Notes under the pieces: model-generated | The model's database searches: none | What the model saw: the letters and a program-made list of their open reading frames with translations, nothing else | Told to the model about the DNA's origin: nothing | Origin: a virus | Taxonomy: Duplodnaviria > Caudoviricetes | Reading direction: 5' to 3' (one strand) | Length of the DNA: 43,554 nucleotides | Virus record (IMG/VR): IMGVR_UViG_3300025646_000091 | Location: 1 to 43,554 of that record | Shown: positions 1 through 7,774 of the stretch, one piece after another | Layout: each line of letters opens with the position of its first letter | How positions within the stretch are numbered: the first letter of the stretch is position 1 | Made by a program: the position numbers and the translations under genes

Positions 1-527
1 AGAAACGCAAGGTCATCATCCCTGACAACCTACCTGCAATCACTAGCGAAGAGGACTTTTGTCCAAGCATATTCACCGGGAACAAACTCGCTGAGAATGA
101 CCCTGAAAGATACGCTAAGATCGTTCAAGGTTTGGGTGAGGGTAAAGCATTAACTCGACTTGCAAAGGAACATAAGGTTGCTCCTGAGACCATTGTGGCG
201 ATCAGCAAGAGAGAGAAGAAAAGTATTGATGCAGTTCAGAACCTGACAATGGGACTGACATCCTATGCATCACAAGCATGTCTTATGAAGATCATTGAAA
301 AGTTAGATGCTGATAAGATTCCACCGGGGGTGTTGCCCATTGCATTTGGTATTCTCCGGGATAAAGAGAAGAATGATTTAGGTCAGGCAACATCAATAGT
401 AGAACATAAGAAAGTTCTTACTATTGATGAGGTAAAGAAAGAGTTAGATGCTATGCAAGCAGAGGTCATTGATATTACAAGTAATGATGATGCAATGCTT
501 ATTAATGGGGGTGACACCCTTGGTTAA
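1..527 (+). CDS. 5'-truncated copy of the putative terminase small subunit (full copy at 42936..43475)
   Basis: Same reading frame and protein as 42936..43475, cut by the window edge. Confidence 0.6.
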   Translation, partial: KRKVIIPDNLPAITSEEDFCPSIFTGNKLAENDPERYAKIVQGLGEGKALTRLAKEHKVAPETIVAISKREKKSIDAVQNLTMGLTSYASQACLMKIIEKLDADKIPPGVLPIAFGILRDKEKNDLGQATSIVEHKKVLTIDEVKKELDAMQAEVIDITSNDDAMLINGGDTLG

Positions 528-551
528 CACCCTTGGTTAACACCTTAGTTA
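514..551. repeat. 13-bp tandem repeat ACACCCTTGGTTA, 2 copies plus a degenerate copy
   Basis: Read directly; the ORF stop codon spans the junction of the first two units. Confidence 0.9.
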
Positions 552-571
552 CGCCCTTCGTTCCTTTACGA

Positions 572-601
572 GTCGTTTGTGACTCTAAAGTCACGAATGA
601 C
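572..601 (+). terminator. 13-bp RNA hairpin between convergent genes (terminator or processing/stability element)
   Basis: GTCGTTTGTGACT-ctaa-AGTCACGAATGAC pairs fully with two G-U wobbles on the + strand; no U-tail. Confidence 0.45.
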
Positions 602-608
602 GAGTATA

Positions 609-843
609 TCAAGAAGTGATCGAAGACAATGTGTCAAGCATGTATTTTGCTTGTGGATTTAATTTCGATCTACATTCAGGTATTTCACTACACAAGCGTG
701 ACATCTCAGATAATGTATTGATCATCCATCTGATTGACTTGCCTTGATCCACATCAAGTGCGGTGCTTAATTGATCAAGCAATTCCTTCTGCTCATCATC
801 TAATGCAATAGTAATTCTTACCCCATCTTTTGTAGTATTCATG
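609..843 (-). CDS. Ribbon-helix-helix (CopG/Arc-like) transcriptional regulator, candidate repressor
   Basis: VRITIALDDEQKELLDQLSTALDVDQGKSIRWMI fits the RHH pattern; likely start MNTTKDG at 843 rather than 953; divergent from a second RHH gene. Confidence 0.65.
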
Positions 844-987
844 CATACATCAGGTAGTATCTGCATGTGAATGTCAAGGGTAATGTGATGCACAATGAGT
901 AAAGTGATGCCTGAATAAGTCAGGGTATTGACAGATGATGTAGAATGCATCAATTATCATATCATCACATCACAAGGAGGACAATAA
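844..987. promoter_or_regulatory. Divergent control region (putative genetic switch) with TGATG/CATCA repeats, TTGACA and an AAGGAGG RBS
   Basis: Several GTGATG/CATCAC-type half-sites, imperfect IR ATGCCTGA-N5-TCAGGGTAT, TTGACA at 928, SD before ATG 988. Confidence 0.5.
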
Positions 988-1170
988 ATGGAAAAAGAAT
1001 ATTCTAAGAGCAATCGCTCAACTGAATGCATTTCTGTACATGTTCCAAAAGCATGGAAGGGTGTATTGCAGAAGGTTGGATTCGATGAGGACAGATCAGT
1101 AAATTATCTGATTAAGAAAGCAATAGTCGCTTACATGAAAGATAAGCACAACATCAGATTGAAGTCATGA
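988..1170 (+). CDS. Ribbon-helix-helix (Arc/CopG-like) DNA-binding protein
   Basis: ISVHVPKAWKGVLQKVGFDEDRSVNYLIKKAI is a typical RHH signature; strong SD AAGGAGG. Confidence 0.75.
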   Translation: MEKEYSKSNRSTECISVHVPKAWKGVLQKVGFDEDRSVNYLIKKAIVAYMKDKHNIRLKS

Positions 1171-1280
1171 GCACCATCGAGAAGATATTTTACACATGCT
1201 TGTTTGCGTTAGCAGTAGTGCTCTACGCTTATATGATGATTGCGTTCTTTGTAACCTTTTTATTTGGGGGTGCACAATGA
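1167..1280 (+). CDS. 37-aa single-pass membrane peptide (not in the ORF track)
   Basis: MSTIEKIFYTCLFALAVVLYAYMMIAFFVTFLFGGAQ; ATGA overlaps with both neighbours, implying translational coupling. Confidence 0.6.
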   Translation: MSTIEKIFYTCLFALAVVLYAYMMIAFFVTFLFGGAQ

Positions 1281-1738
1281 TCACCACTATAGCAGTTGAT
1301 CCCGGCAAATCAGGTGGAGTTGCGTTTCACAATGATCGTGATGGCATCTATCTAGCACATGATCTTTATCCCATAACTGATTTACTTGATGCTATTGATA
1401 CCATCAGGGAAGCAGACATGAGGATGCAAATGGTAGTGGAAGATATTCCACCATTCACCGGGAATAAAATACCCGGATCAAGTGCATTTAAAATGGGTAC
1501 ATCATTTGGTCTTATACAGGGCATAGCACTAGGTGAGAGGATGCCTTGCTTTAAGATAACCCCAAAGGATTGGCAGAAGGGACTGAGAGGTTTGAAGGGC
1601 CTTAAAGGGAATGACAGGAAGAAGGTGCTAAGAGATACATGCAAGAGGTTGTATCCTAACCTTAACCCAACCCTCAACACCTGCGATGCAATATTAATCA
1701 TGCATCAGTACCTTCAATGCAGGACAATGGGCCAATAA
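1277..1738 (+). CDS. RuvC-like Holliday junction resolvase (RNase H fold)
   Basis: IAVDPGKSGG, VVEDIP, SAFKMGTSFG, ITPKDWQK and DAILI motifs; start MITTIAVD at 1277. Confidence 0.8.
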   Translation: MITTIAVDPGKSGGVAFHNDRDGIYLAHDLYPITDLLDAIDTIREADMRMQMVVEDIPPFTGNKIPGSSAFKMGTSFGLIQGIALGERMPCFKITPKDWQKGLRGLKGLKGNDRKKVLRDTCKRLYPNLNPTLNTCDAILIMHQYLQCRTMGQ

Positions 1739-1762
1739 GTTTGTGCACCCATCCTAGTGATC

Positions 1763-1862
1763 AAATCACTAACCGCACAACTACCGGGTCACACCATACA
1801 CAATCCCACTCCACTCACCACTTGGTGGAGTGGGATCACTTTAAATCACTAACAACACAACT
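1763..1862. other. Structured intergenic element: 20-bp direct repeats flanking a 12-bp perfect hairpin
   Basis: AAATCACTAAC(cg/aa)CACAACT at 1763 and 1843; ATCCCACTCCAC/GTGGAGTGGGAT at 1803-1836. Confidence 0.55.
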
Positions 1863-1882
1863 CAAAATAAGGAGAAATTATT

Positions 1883-2461
1883 ATGGCAGTTATAAAGCAA
1901 AGTAGGAAAAATGCAGGGACATCAAAATTCAATTGGAATCTGTCTGATCAAAAAGCAGAGGCAGGAACTTATCCCGGCATCATCGTTGACATACTAGAAG
2001 TAGAGGATGTCGAGAGAACATATAAAGATGAAACAAGACAGGTTGATGTCACCCGGTTTCTCGTAGCATATACAAATGATGATGATGAGAATGTGCTCGC
2101 TCAAACATTTGAGTTTAACATCTCAGCAAACGAGAAGAGCAACCTCATGAAGTTCATCGCAAATCTCCGGGGCAAAATGCCTCCGTTTGATGGTTCTTAT
2201 GATACCTCTGAGGAGATGCATAAAAAATGCATGGTTACCATTGAGGAGAGAGAATCCAAAGAGGGAATCCGGTATGGATATGTCAAATCTCTTGCTCCTA
2301 TCAGCAAAAAACTTGCAGGGGCATGTCCTGACCCTGATGAGATAAAGATTCCCGGTGGAAAGAAGTTTGGTGCTTCAAATGAGGATGATGATGAGTTGCC
2401 TCCGGCAAGATCGACAAAGGTAAACAAATCAGAAGACAAGGACGATTCAGACCCTTTCTGA
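1883..2461 (+). CDS. Putative single-stranded DNA-binding protein
   Basis: Beta-rich OB-like core (AGTYPGIIVDI, KSNLMKF, CMVTI), acidic tail ending DDSDPF, position in the replication module; SD AGGAG. Confidence 0.6.
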   Translation: MAVIKQSRKNAGTSKFNWNLSDQKAEAGTYPGIIVDILEVEDVERTYKDETRQVDVTRFLVAYTNDDDENVLAQTFEFNISANEKSNLMKFIANLRGKMPPFDGSYDTSEEMHKKCMVTIEERESKEGIRYGYVKSLAPISKKLAGACPDPDEIKIPGGKKFGASNEDDDELPPARSTKVNKSEDKDDSDPF

Positions 2462-2462
2462 G

Positions 2463-3245
2463 ATGGGACATTTCTACGCAAAAGATGGCACTCCGCATTT
2501 CGATGTCACTCCAAGTGTGGCAATGGAAATGGGGTTATTCTATTCGGTAACTGAGATACAAAAGATTGAGGCATCACCTCAGTTGGATCGGTGGAAACTG
2601 AATACTGCAATCGAGACTGCATCTAAAAACTCCCAAAGGATGGATGAAGATATGAAGACATATCAGAAACGCATCATTTCGGAAATGTACGGAGATGGGT
2701 CAGCAACTGCATTAGGCACAAAGATACATGATGCTATTGAGCATGTGTTGTCAGGTGAGCGAACAAGGGAGCAGGTTAGTTTAGACCTGCTCCCATTCGT
2801 CACTCCACCTTTGGATTACTTTGAAGAGAAAGGTTTTGAGGTAGTCGAATTAGAGAAGGTTGTGGTGAATGAGGACGAGGGGTATGCAGGGACATGTGAT
2901 GTCTTGGCAAAAACGCCAAGTGGTCAGGATATAATCATGGATTGGAAGTCCACTAAAACCATACCATCAAAACCCTACAACTCACACCCTGAGCAAATCT
3001 CTGCCTATGCAGTTGCTTACTATGGGTATGAACGAGTCATGAAGGGTGAGATATGGGGTGCAAATGCTTACATCTCGACTACTGATATTTACAAGCGAGG
3101 TGAGAACAAAGGCAAAGCAAAGTTCAAGGTCTGTTCTTATAAACCATATGAGTTAGCAGAGGCATACACTCGCTTTCAGGTAGTCAATGAACTCTTCAGG
3201 ATAAGGACCGGATATGATCCAAGAGTCAAGCATCGTAGCAATTAA
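2463..3245 (+). CDS. PD-(D/E)XK (Cas4/lambda-exo-like) phage exonuclease
   Basis: SVTEI, GTKIHDAIE, YAGTCD, IMDWKS and QISAYA motifs. Confidence 0.85.
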   Translation: MGHFYAKDGTPHFDVTPSVAMEMGLFYSVTEIQKIEASPQLDRWKLNTAIETASKNSQRMDEDMKTYQKRIISEMYGDGSATALGTKIHDAIEHVLSGERTREQVSLDLLPFVTPPLDYFEEKGFEVVELEKVVVNEDEGYAGTCDVLAKTPSGQDIIMDWKSTKTIPSKPYNSHPEQISAYAVAYYGYERVMKGEIWGANAYISTTDIYKRGENKGKAKFKVCSYKPYELAEAYTRFQVVNELFRIRTGYDPRVKHRSN

Positions 3246-3453
3246 AGGAGGCAAGACATGGGAGTTAAAACTAAAATCGGAAGTGATGGGTCTAATGCCA
3301 ATAGGAGCAAGATTAGCAAGAAACAAACCTCTACCCAATTTGCCAAGGCAAGCATCAACTCAGATGGAAGCAATGGAATTGGAGCAGAAGTGGAATCAAT
3401 GGATGCAGGAGAGACCGAAACGGAAAATAAAAAAACTAAGGAGTTACTCCTAA
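3214..3453 (+). CDS. Hypothetical protein, 79 aa
   Basis: Protein-like composition; overlaps the exonuclease end. The competing frame (3258..3398) is low-complexity. Confidence 0.45.
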   Translation: MIQESSIVAIKGGKTWELKLKSEVMGLMPIGARLARNKPLPNLPRQASTQMEAMELEQKWNQWMQERPKRKIKKLRSYS

Positions 3454-3707
3454 GAGCAAATGCTTTCCGGGATGGTGCTATTCAAATCTTCAATAATCTT
3501 GCCAAAGAAAAATATGATGCAGGGCAGAGGGAGCATGGTGGATTCTTAGTCGCAGATACTTCATTCCAAGACATGGAAGCAGAGGTCATTGACCTGTGGT
3601 TTTATATACAAGCAATGAAATCAAAAGTGTACATAGTCTGCAAAGATCAAAGAGACATTTTGTTTCACAACCGGGCGAAAGATACTGATCAAAAACAAAC
3701 AGATTGA
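3399..3707 (+). CDS. MazG-like all-alpha dNTP pyrophosphohydrolase family protein
   Basis: KYDAGQREHGG...DMEAEVIDLWFY resembles the ExxD helix motif. Start is uncertain (3258 has an SD; 3399 gives the compact domain). Confidence 0.45.
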   Translation: MDAGETETENKKTKELLLRANAFRDGAIQIFNNLAKEKYDAGQREHGGFLVADTSFQDMEAEVIDLWFYIQAMKSKVYIVCKDQRDILFHNRAKDTDQKQTD

Positions 3708-3711
3708 TTGG

Positions 3712-4674
3712 GTGGATGTAGAGACCTGCTTGGCACTAGCAGGTCTCTACGATGACCCTGACCCAATTGGTGGAAGCAACTTCCATGTCCAATGGGATTG
3801 GAAGAATAGAGATAGAAGGGACGATAGTATGGCAATTATAGGTAGTGACCCTGTAGATAAATTTAAATGGTTGCTTGATAGGTTTGATAAGGAAGGGATG
3901 GGATATCACCTGTCCATCATGAATGCAGTAGGCATCATGAAGTCAATGAACATACCTATGGAGAAAGCAAATGCTATGCTCCATGAAGCAAGTGAGAAGG
4001 TAACAAGAAGAGACCTTCAACCGGGTGAGATTGAGAAGGCAATAAATTACTGCTACAATCAAATGACGAGTGGGAAGAGGTTTGTGAAGGCAAGGCCATC
4101 TGTTGATCGTGATATGATCGAGAGATATGCAGAGATTGGAAGCATTGAGGAATTAAGAGCAGAGTCCCAACCAATCCCAAAAGAACCTCATGAACTTTTA
4201 CTCAACTTATATGATGGCAGGGACATAATTTATGTGGGCATGGAAGTATTTAAGGGTAACGCTCAAAGTGTTGATTCATTGGGTTGGGAAATGCTCCATG
4301 ACATGCAATACATCTGCCCAAATCCATTAAAGAAACCTGATGCAGGTAGAATACTAATGAATATAAAAGAACGCAGATATGTAGTGTTTGAATCTGACAT
4401 TGATATCCTCGCAGGTAATTGGGATGGACAGGCAGGAGTCATTGAAAAACTAAAATCAATTCTTAGACTTTCAATGATAGTTTGGTCAGGGAATAAGTCC
4501 TTACATGCATGGTTTGATTGCCGGGGACATGCCGAATCTCAGATACATAGATTTGAAAACATGGCAGTAAGATTAGGGGCAGACCCACAATCGTTAAGGA
4601 TGACGCAACTAGTTAGATTTCCTTGGGGATTAAGGGACAACGGAAAGATACAAAAGGTGATATATTATGGATGA
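3712..4674 (+). CDS. DNA primase, AEP/RepB-like
   Basis: YVVFESD, IVWSGNKSLHAWF and QLVRFPWG motifs; directly upstream of the helicase. May start at 3829. Confidence 0.75.
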   Translation: MDVETCLALAGLYDDPDPIGGSNFHVQWDWKNRDRRDDSMAIIGSDPVDKFKWLLDRFDKEGMGYHLSIMNAVGIMKSMNIPMEKANAMLHEASEKVTRRDLQPGEIEKAINYCYNQMTSGKRFVKARPSVDRDMIERYAEIGSIEELRAESQPIPKEPHELLLNLYDGRDIIYVGMEVFKGNAQSVDSLGWEMLHDMQYICPNPLKKPDAGRILMNIKERRYVVFESDIDILAGNWDGQAGVIEKLKSILRLSMIVWSGNKSLHAWFDCRGHAESQIHRFENMAVRLGADPQSLRMTQLVRFPWGLRDNGKIQKVIYYG

Positions 4675-5575
4675 TACAAGAAAGTTTTTAGAGTACCTCG
4701 CCCAACCATCAACATGGGCAAAGCAATACCCAATGGGAGATGTCCCACAAAAACCTGTAGTACATATGAATGAAGTTTTAGAGCATAGAGCAAAGCAAAG
4801 ACAAACCGGGAGCATGTTGCCTCCGATAATCAGAGGATCAGATTTTCCACCACAATATGAGTTGGAACATCGTCCACCATTGGTGGATGGATTGTTCCGG
4901 GCAAAAGATAATGTCTTGCTTGGTGCTCCACCAAAGATGGGGAAGACATGGTTCTTCTCAACCCTTGCTTGCTCCCTCGCATCAGGTAGGCACTTCTGTG
5001 ATCTAGAGACCAAGCAAAGTAAGGTTCTACTCATTGACTTAGAGTTACATAAAGATGATTGCTTGGACCGGATATGGTCAATTGCAGTCTCGCAAGGCAT
5101 GAAGAAACCCCCTGAGGATTTATGGGTATGGTGCTTACGGGAGTATGAGTATGACCTTGAGGTATTGCTTGCTGAACTAGACTCAAGAGTTGATGAGATG
5201 GGTGGAGTAGATGTCATCATCCTTGATCCATTGTACATGTTGGGAGATGCAGAGTTTGACGAGAACAATGCCCAATCTGTAAAGCACTTCCTCAAAGGCA
5301 TTGCTATGCTAAAGAATAAAAATAACTCTGCCCTTCTTTTAGCACATCACTTTAGTAAGGGAAATAAGGGCAGGGAGTCGCACTCTGACCGAATTAGTGG
5401 GTCAGGTTCTTTTCAAAGATGGCCTGACTCACTAATTACCCTTACCCCACACAAGATAGAAAAACATGCGATCATGGAAGTCACCGGGAGATCAATGCCA
5501 AATTTTCCACCAATGGTATTGAACATGACTCCACCTTCCATCAAGGCAACTGACCTCAATGTTGAGTTCAAGTAA
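4667..5575 (+). CDS. RecA-family/AAA_25 (RepA-like) replicative helicase
   Basis: Walker A GAPPKMGKT, VLLIDLE, Walker B VIILDP, LAHHFSKG and SGSG motifs. Confidence 0.88.
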   Translation: MDDTRKFLEYLAQPSTWAKQYPMGDVPQKPVVHMNEVLEHRAKQRQTGSMLPPIIRGSDFPPQYELEHRPPLVDGLFRAKDNVLLGAPPKMGKTWFFSTLACSLASGRHFCDLETKQSKVLLIDLELHKDDCLDRIWSIAVSQGMKKPPEDLWVWCLREYEYDLEVLLAELDSRVDEMGGVDVIILDPLYMLGDAEFDENNAQSVKHFLKGIAMLKNKNNSALLLAHHFSKGNKGRESHSDRISGSGSFQRWPDSLITLTPHKIEKHAIMEVTGRSMPNFPPMVLNMTPPSIKATDLNVEFK

Positions 5576-5906
5576 GGGAAAGCAATTAAGGGTTGATAAA
5601 AAATTCCGGGAGATGGTGGATAAATATCCCGGTGAAGAATTTACTTTCAGGCAGATTGGAGACTTTGTTGGATTATCCCCTCAGGCAATCATGCAAATTG
5701 AAAGGAACGCTTTAAAAAAACTAGGTAAGAAGGGTGAATTATGCAGGATGTGGAAAGAGGTACAGGGTTGCTTACTAGAAGAGAGGTTGCAGACTATGTC
5801 GGAGTCTCAACTAAGACTATTGCGAGATGGACTGAGAAGAAATGGTTACCATGCATTAGGATTGGAAGACTCGTTAGGTATAAACCCTATGATGTTAGAG
5901 ACCTGA
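5559..5906 (+). CDS. Stand-alone sigma-70 region-4-like HTH protein
   Basis: FTFRQIGDFVGLSPQAIMQIERNALKKL matches sigma-70 region 4; the C-terminal half overlaps the next gene. Confidence 0.65.
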   Translation: MLSSSKGKQLRVDKKFREMVDKYPGEEFTFRQIGDFVGLSPQAIMQIERNALKKLGKKGELCRMWKEVQGCLLEERLQTMSESQLRLLRDGLRRNGYHALGLEDSLGINPMMLET

Positions 5907-5929
5907 TCAAGAAACTTTATAATGAGTGA
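5741..5929 (+). CDS. Excisionase-like (HTH_17/MerR-type) DNA-binding protein
   Basis: LLTRREVADYVGVSTKTIARW...LPCIRIGRLVRY is the typical Xis/AlpA-like pattern. Confidence 0.8.
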   Translation: MQDVERGTGLLTRREVADYVGVSTKTIARWTEKKWLPCIRIGRLVRYKPYDVRDLIKKLYNE

Positions 5930-5940
5930 TCATTTGGTTT

Positions 5941-6156
5941 GAGGTTGTCAGTAGTTGTCAATTCCATGTCCCTCTATGTCTACTTGAGTCTGCCTCTGTC
6001 TTGTTTTAATCAGGGAAACCTGACGAGAAGTGTGATGAACCCTGATTAAGAGTGAATTGCTTTGAATTTTTTTTCATTTCATAAATAGTTGATATATCAG
6101 GCATTTATGAGAATGCCTGAATTTTTTTTCATAGAAACTTGTCAATTTATTTGACA
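5941..6156. promoter_or_regulatory. Complex protein-binding region (candidate attP arm, origin or control region)
   Basis: Six GTC motifs phased at 10-11 bp; IR TAATCAGGG/CCCTGATTA; two exact TGAATTTTTTTTCAT repeats (6063, 6118); IHF consensus on the - strand (6082-6094); IR TCAGGCATT/AATGCCTGA; IR TGTCAA/TTGACA. Confidence 0.55.
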
Positions 6157-6223
6157 GGTCAGGGCATGATATGGCATTTTGTATGACATAATCATTTGCT
6201 ATAACATTAACCCACACATCACT

Positions 6224-6583
6224 ATGAAAGAAATTAAATTATCCGAAGTCCAAGTATGGTTCGATCAACTTCTCAAACTATGGTCAGTCACCTTCCATGA
6301 TTCAGAAGGTTGCCAAATCGGAACATTCCATGACCTGTCTGATCAGTATAGCACACAACACTTTCAGTACAAAAAAGAGGCAGAGGAATTTGCCCGGTCA
6401 TATCACAAACTCGCTAAACTTTCTTTCTATAAAAGAGATGGTGAACATGATTACTCAGTTGCCTGTATCTCGAAGGAACAATTACTCAAGCGTTGGTTAC
6501 ACGAATGCCCGGTTGATTTCAGAATCATCAACGAGGTTGCATCTAGTGGTGTAACTACCATGCAAATCTCTTTCTCACATTAA
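6224..6583 (+). CDS. Hypothetical early protein (array gene 1)
   Basis: Start MKEIKL preceded by AACCCACACATCACT; an extended -10-like TGcTATAAC lies upstream. Confidence 0.65.
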   Translation: MKEIKLSEVQVWFDQLLKLWSVTFHDSEGCQIGTFHDLSDQYSTQHFQYKKEAEEFARSYHKLAKLSFYKRDGEHDYSVACISKEQLLKRWLHECPVDFRIINEVASSGVTTMQISFSH

Positions 6584-6603
6584 TCGCCAACCCACACATC
6601 ACA

Positions 6604-6906
6604 ATGAAAGACGAAAAATTCACTCTCGCTCACGCAATCAATCATTCTTCTAGCATCCAACTGCAGGGTGTAAAACTAGGTGCTGACGAAGTCACCATTA
6701 CTCTTAGCAGGGAAGGTGCTAAGAAAGTTGTACCACTCGTTTTGTTGGAGACAGAATGGTATGAAGTTCAGCATGGAACATCCAATGGCGAAAGAAAGAT
6801 TAGTGATTATGATTTTCATTGCCCTAACACCGGGATGATTTTCGCAACCTACTATAAAGGCAGTTCATCTCGTGGATGCCTCACCATTAACCACAACGCC
6901 AACTAA
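6604..6906 (+). CDS. Hypothetical early protein (array gene 2)
   Basis: 100-aa ORF preceded by AACCCACACATCACA. Confidence 0.65.
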   Translation: MKDEKFTLAHAINHSSSIQLQGVKLGADEVTITLSREGAKKVVPLVLLETEWYEVQHGTSNGERKISDYDFHCPNTGMIFATYYKGSSSRGCLTINHNAN

Positions 6907-6916
6907 TCACATCACT

Positions 6917-7141
6917 ATGAAAAAGACAGACACTTATTACCTTATTCAAAAAACCTCACTCGATCTCCCTAAATACCCATTCAGCGTGTACTTCAAAAAT
7001 GTTAATAGCAAGGATGACGATCCTAAGTTCCTAGTTGCTACCCCAACCCTTGAGATGGCAATTGCTGAATGCAACCGGGACATGCTCGATCCACTTCGCT
7101 CAACCATCGTTATCGAGAATGTTGGCGAGTTCGCAATCTAA
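6917..7141 (+). CDS. Hypothetical early protein (array gene 3)
   Basis: Start MKKTDT preceded by TAATCACATCACT. Confidence 0.6.
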   Translation: MKKTDTYYLIQKTSLDLPKYPFSVYFKNVNSKDDDPKFLVATPTLEMAIAECNRDMLDPLRSTIVIENVGEFAI

Positions 7142-7159
7142 TCCCAACCAACACATCAA

Positions 7160-7393
7160 ATGAATGAAAAAGAATTACTCGTTTTAGATACCAATGGCAT
7201 GATTGGTAAGACCTACAAAATTGATACCCTTTTGAGGTTACAAAAATGTGAGCGTATCTTACTAGAAAAAAATGAAGATTGGTTTAGTGACGATATGATC
7301 TCCATGTGGATTGATCGTGACTTTAACGATGGCAATCCATTGATGTACCCTCGCCATGCTGATTTCAAATTCTTCTTTTACAACAAAATCTAA
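7160..7393 (+). CDS. Hypothetical early protein (array gene 4)
   Basis: 77-aa ORF preceded by AACACATCAA. Confidence 0.6.
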   Translation: MNEKELLVLDTNGMIGKTYKIDTLLRLQKCERILLEKNEDWFSDDMISMWIDRDFNDGNPLMYPRHADFKFFFYNKI

Positions 7394-7405
7394 CCACTAC
7401 ACATC

Positions 7406-7774
7406 ATGATCTACAAAGACTACAAACCCGTTGTTCGTTCCTTTCTCCACCAAGCACATCGTCATGGGTGGAGAGTTGCCTCTGCCACTCACGAAGAAAA
7501 TGTCACCATCAAGTTTGATGAGAATCATAGTCTCAGACATGTGATGGACAAGACTCTTGACCATGTTCTTGCTACTGAACAATGCGTTGTCAGGTTGGTC
7601 CATGAAGATGGTCACAAGATTGGTGCACTCATCTTGCTTGGTAACAACCCTGATGAATTGGTTGCTGATTGGTCATTCCAAAGTGATGCCGGAGATGCTG
7701 AGTTCACAAAGATGTACGATAAGTTCACTAGCATTTGGGAAGGCAAGACAACCCCAATGAAGGAGATAGCATAA
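7406..7774 (+). CDS. Hypothetical early protein (array gene 5)
   Basis: 122-aa ORF preceded by CTACACATC; stop overlaps the integrase start (TAATG). Confidence 0.65.
   Translation: MIYKDYKPVVRSFLHQAHRHGWRVASATHEENVTIKFDENHSLRHVMDKTLDHVLATEQCVVRLVHEDGHKIGALILLGNNPDELVADWSFQSDAGDAEFTKMYDKFTSIWEGKTTPMKEIA

Larger units (their letters stand above)
1..567. repeat. Terminal direct repeat, left copy (circular/permuted genome overlap)
   Basis: 1..567 matches 42949..43554. The first 127 nt are identical, followed by about 14 substitutions and a 39-bp (3 x 13 bp) length difference in a tandem repeat. Confidence 0.95.

Noticed and set aside
2463-3245. Cas4-like nuclease as evidence of CRISPR-Cas
   Set aside because: It lacks the four-Cys Fe-S motif and sits in a standard phage recombination module.
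4630-5301. 223-aa antisense ORF over the helicase
   Set aside because: Fully antisense to a well-supported gene; Ser-rich and without motifs.
6207-7410. CACATCA repeats as a CRISPR mini-array or classical integron attC sites
   Set aside because: Spacing is 240-490 bp and filled by ORFs. There are no palindromic RYYYAAC/GTTRRRY attC ends, and I cannot identify the IntI-specific insertion in the integrase. Kept only as a cassette-like hypothesis.
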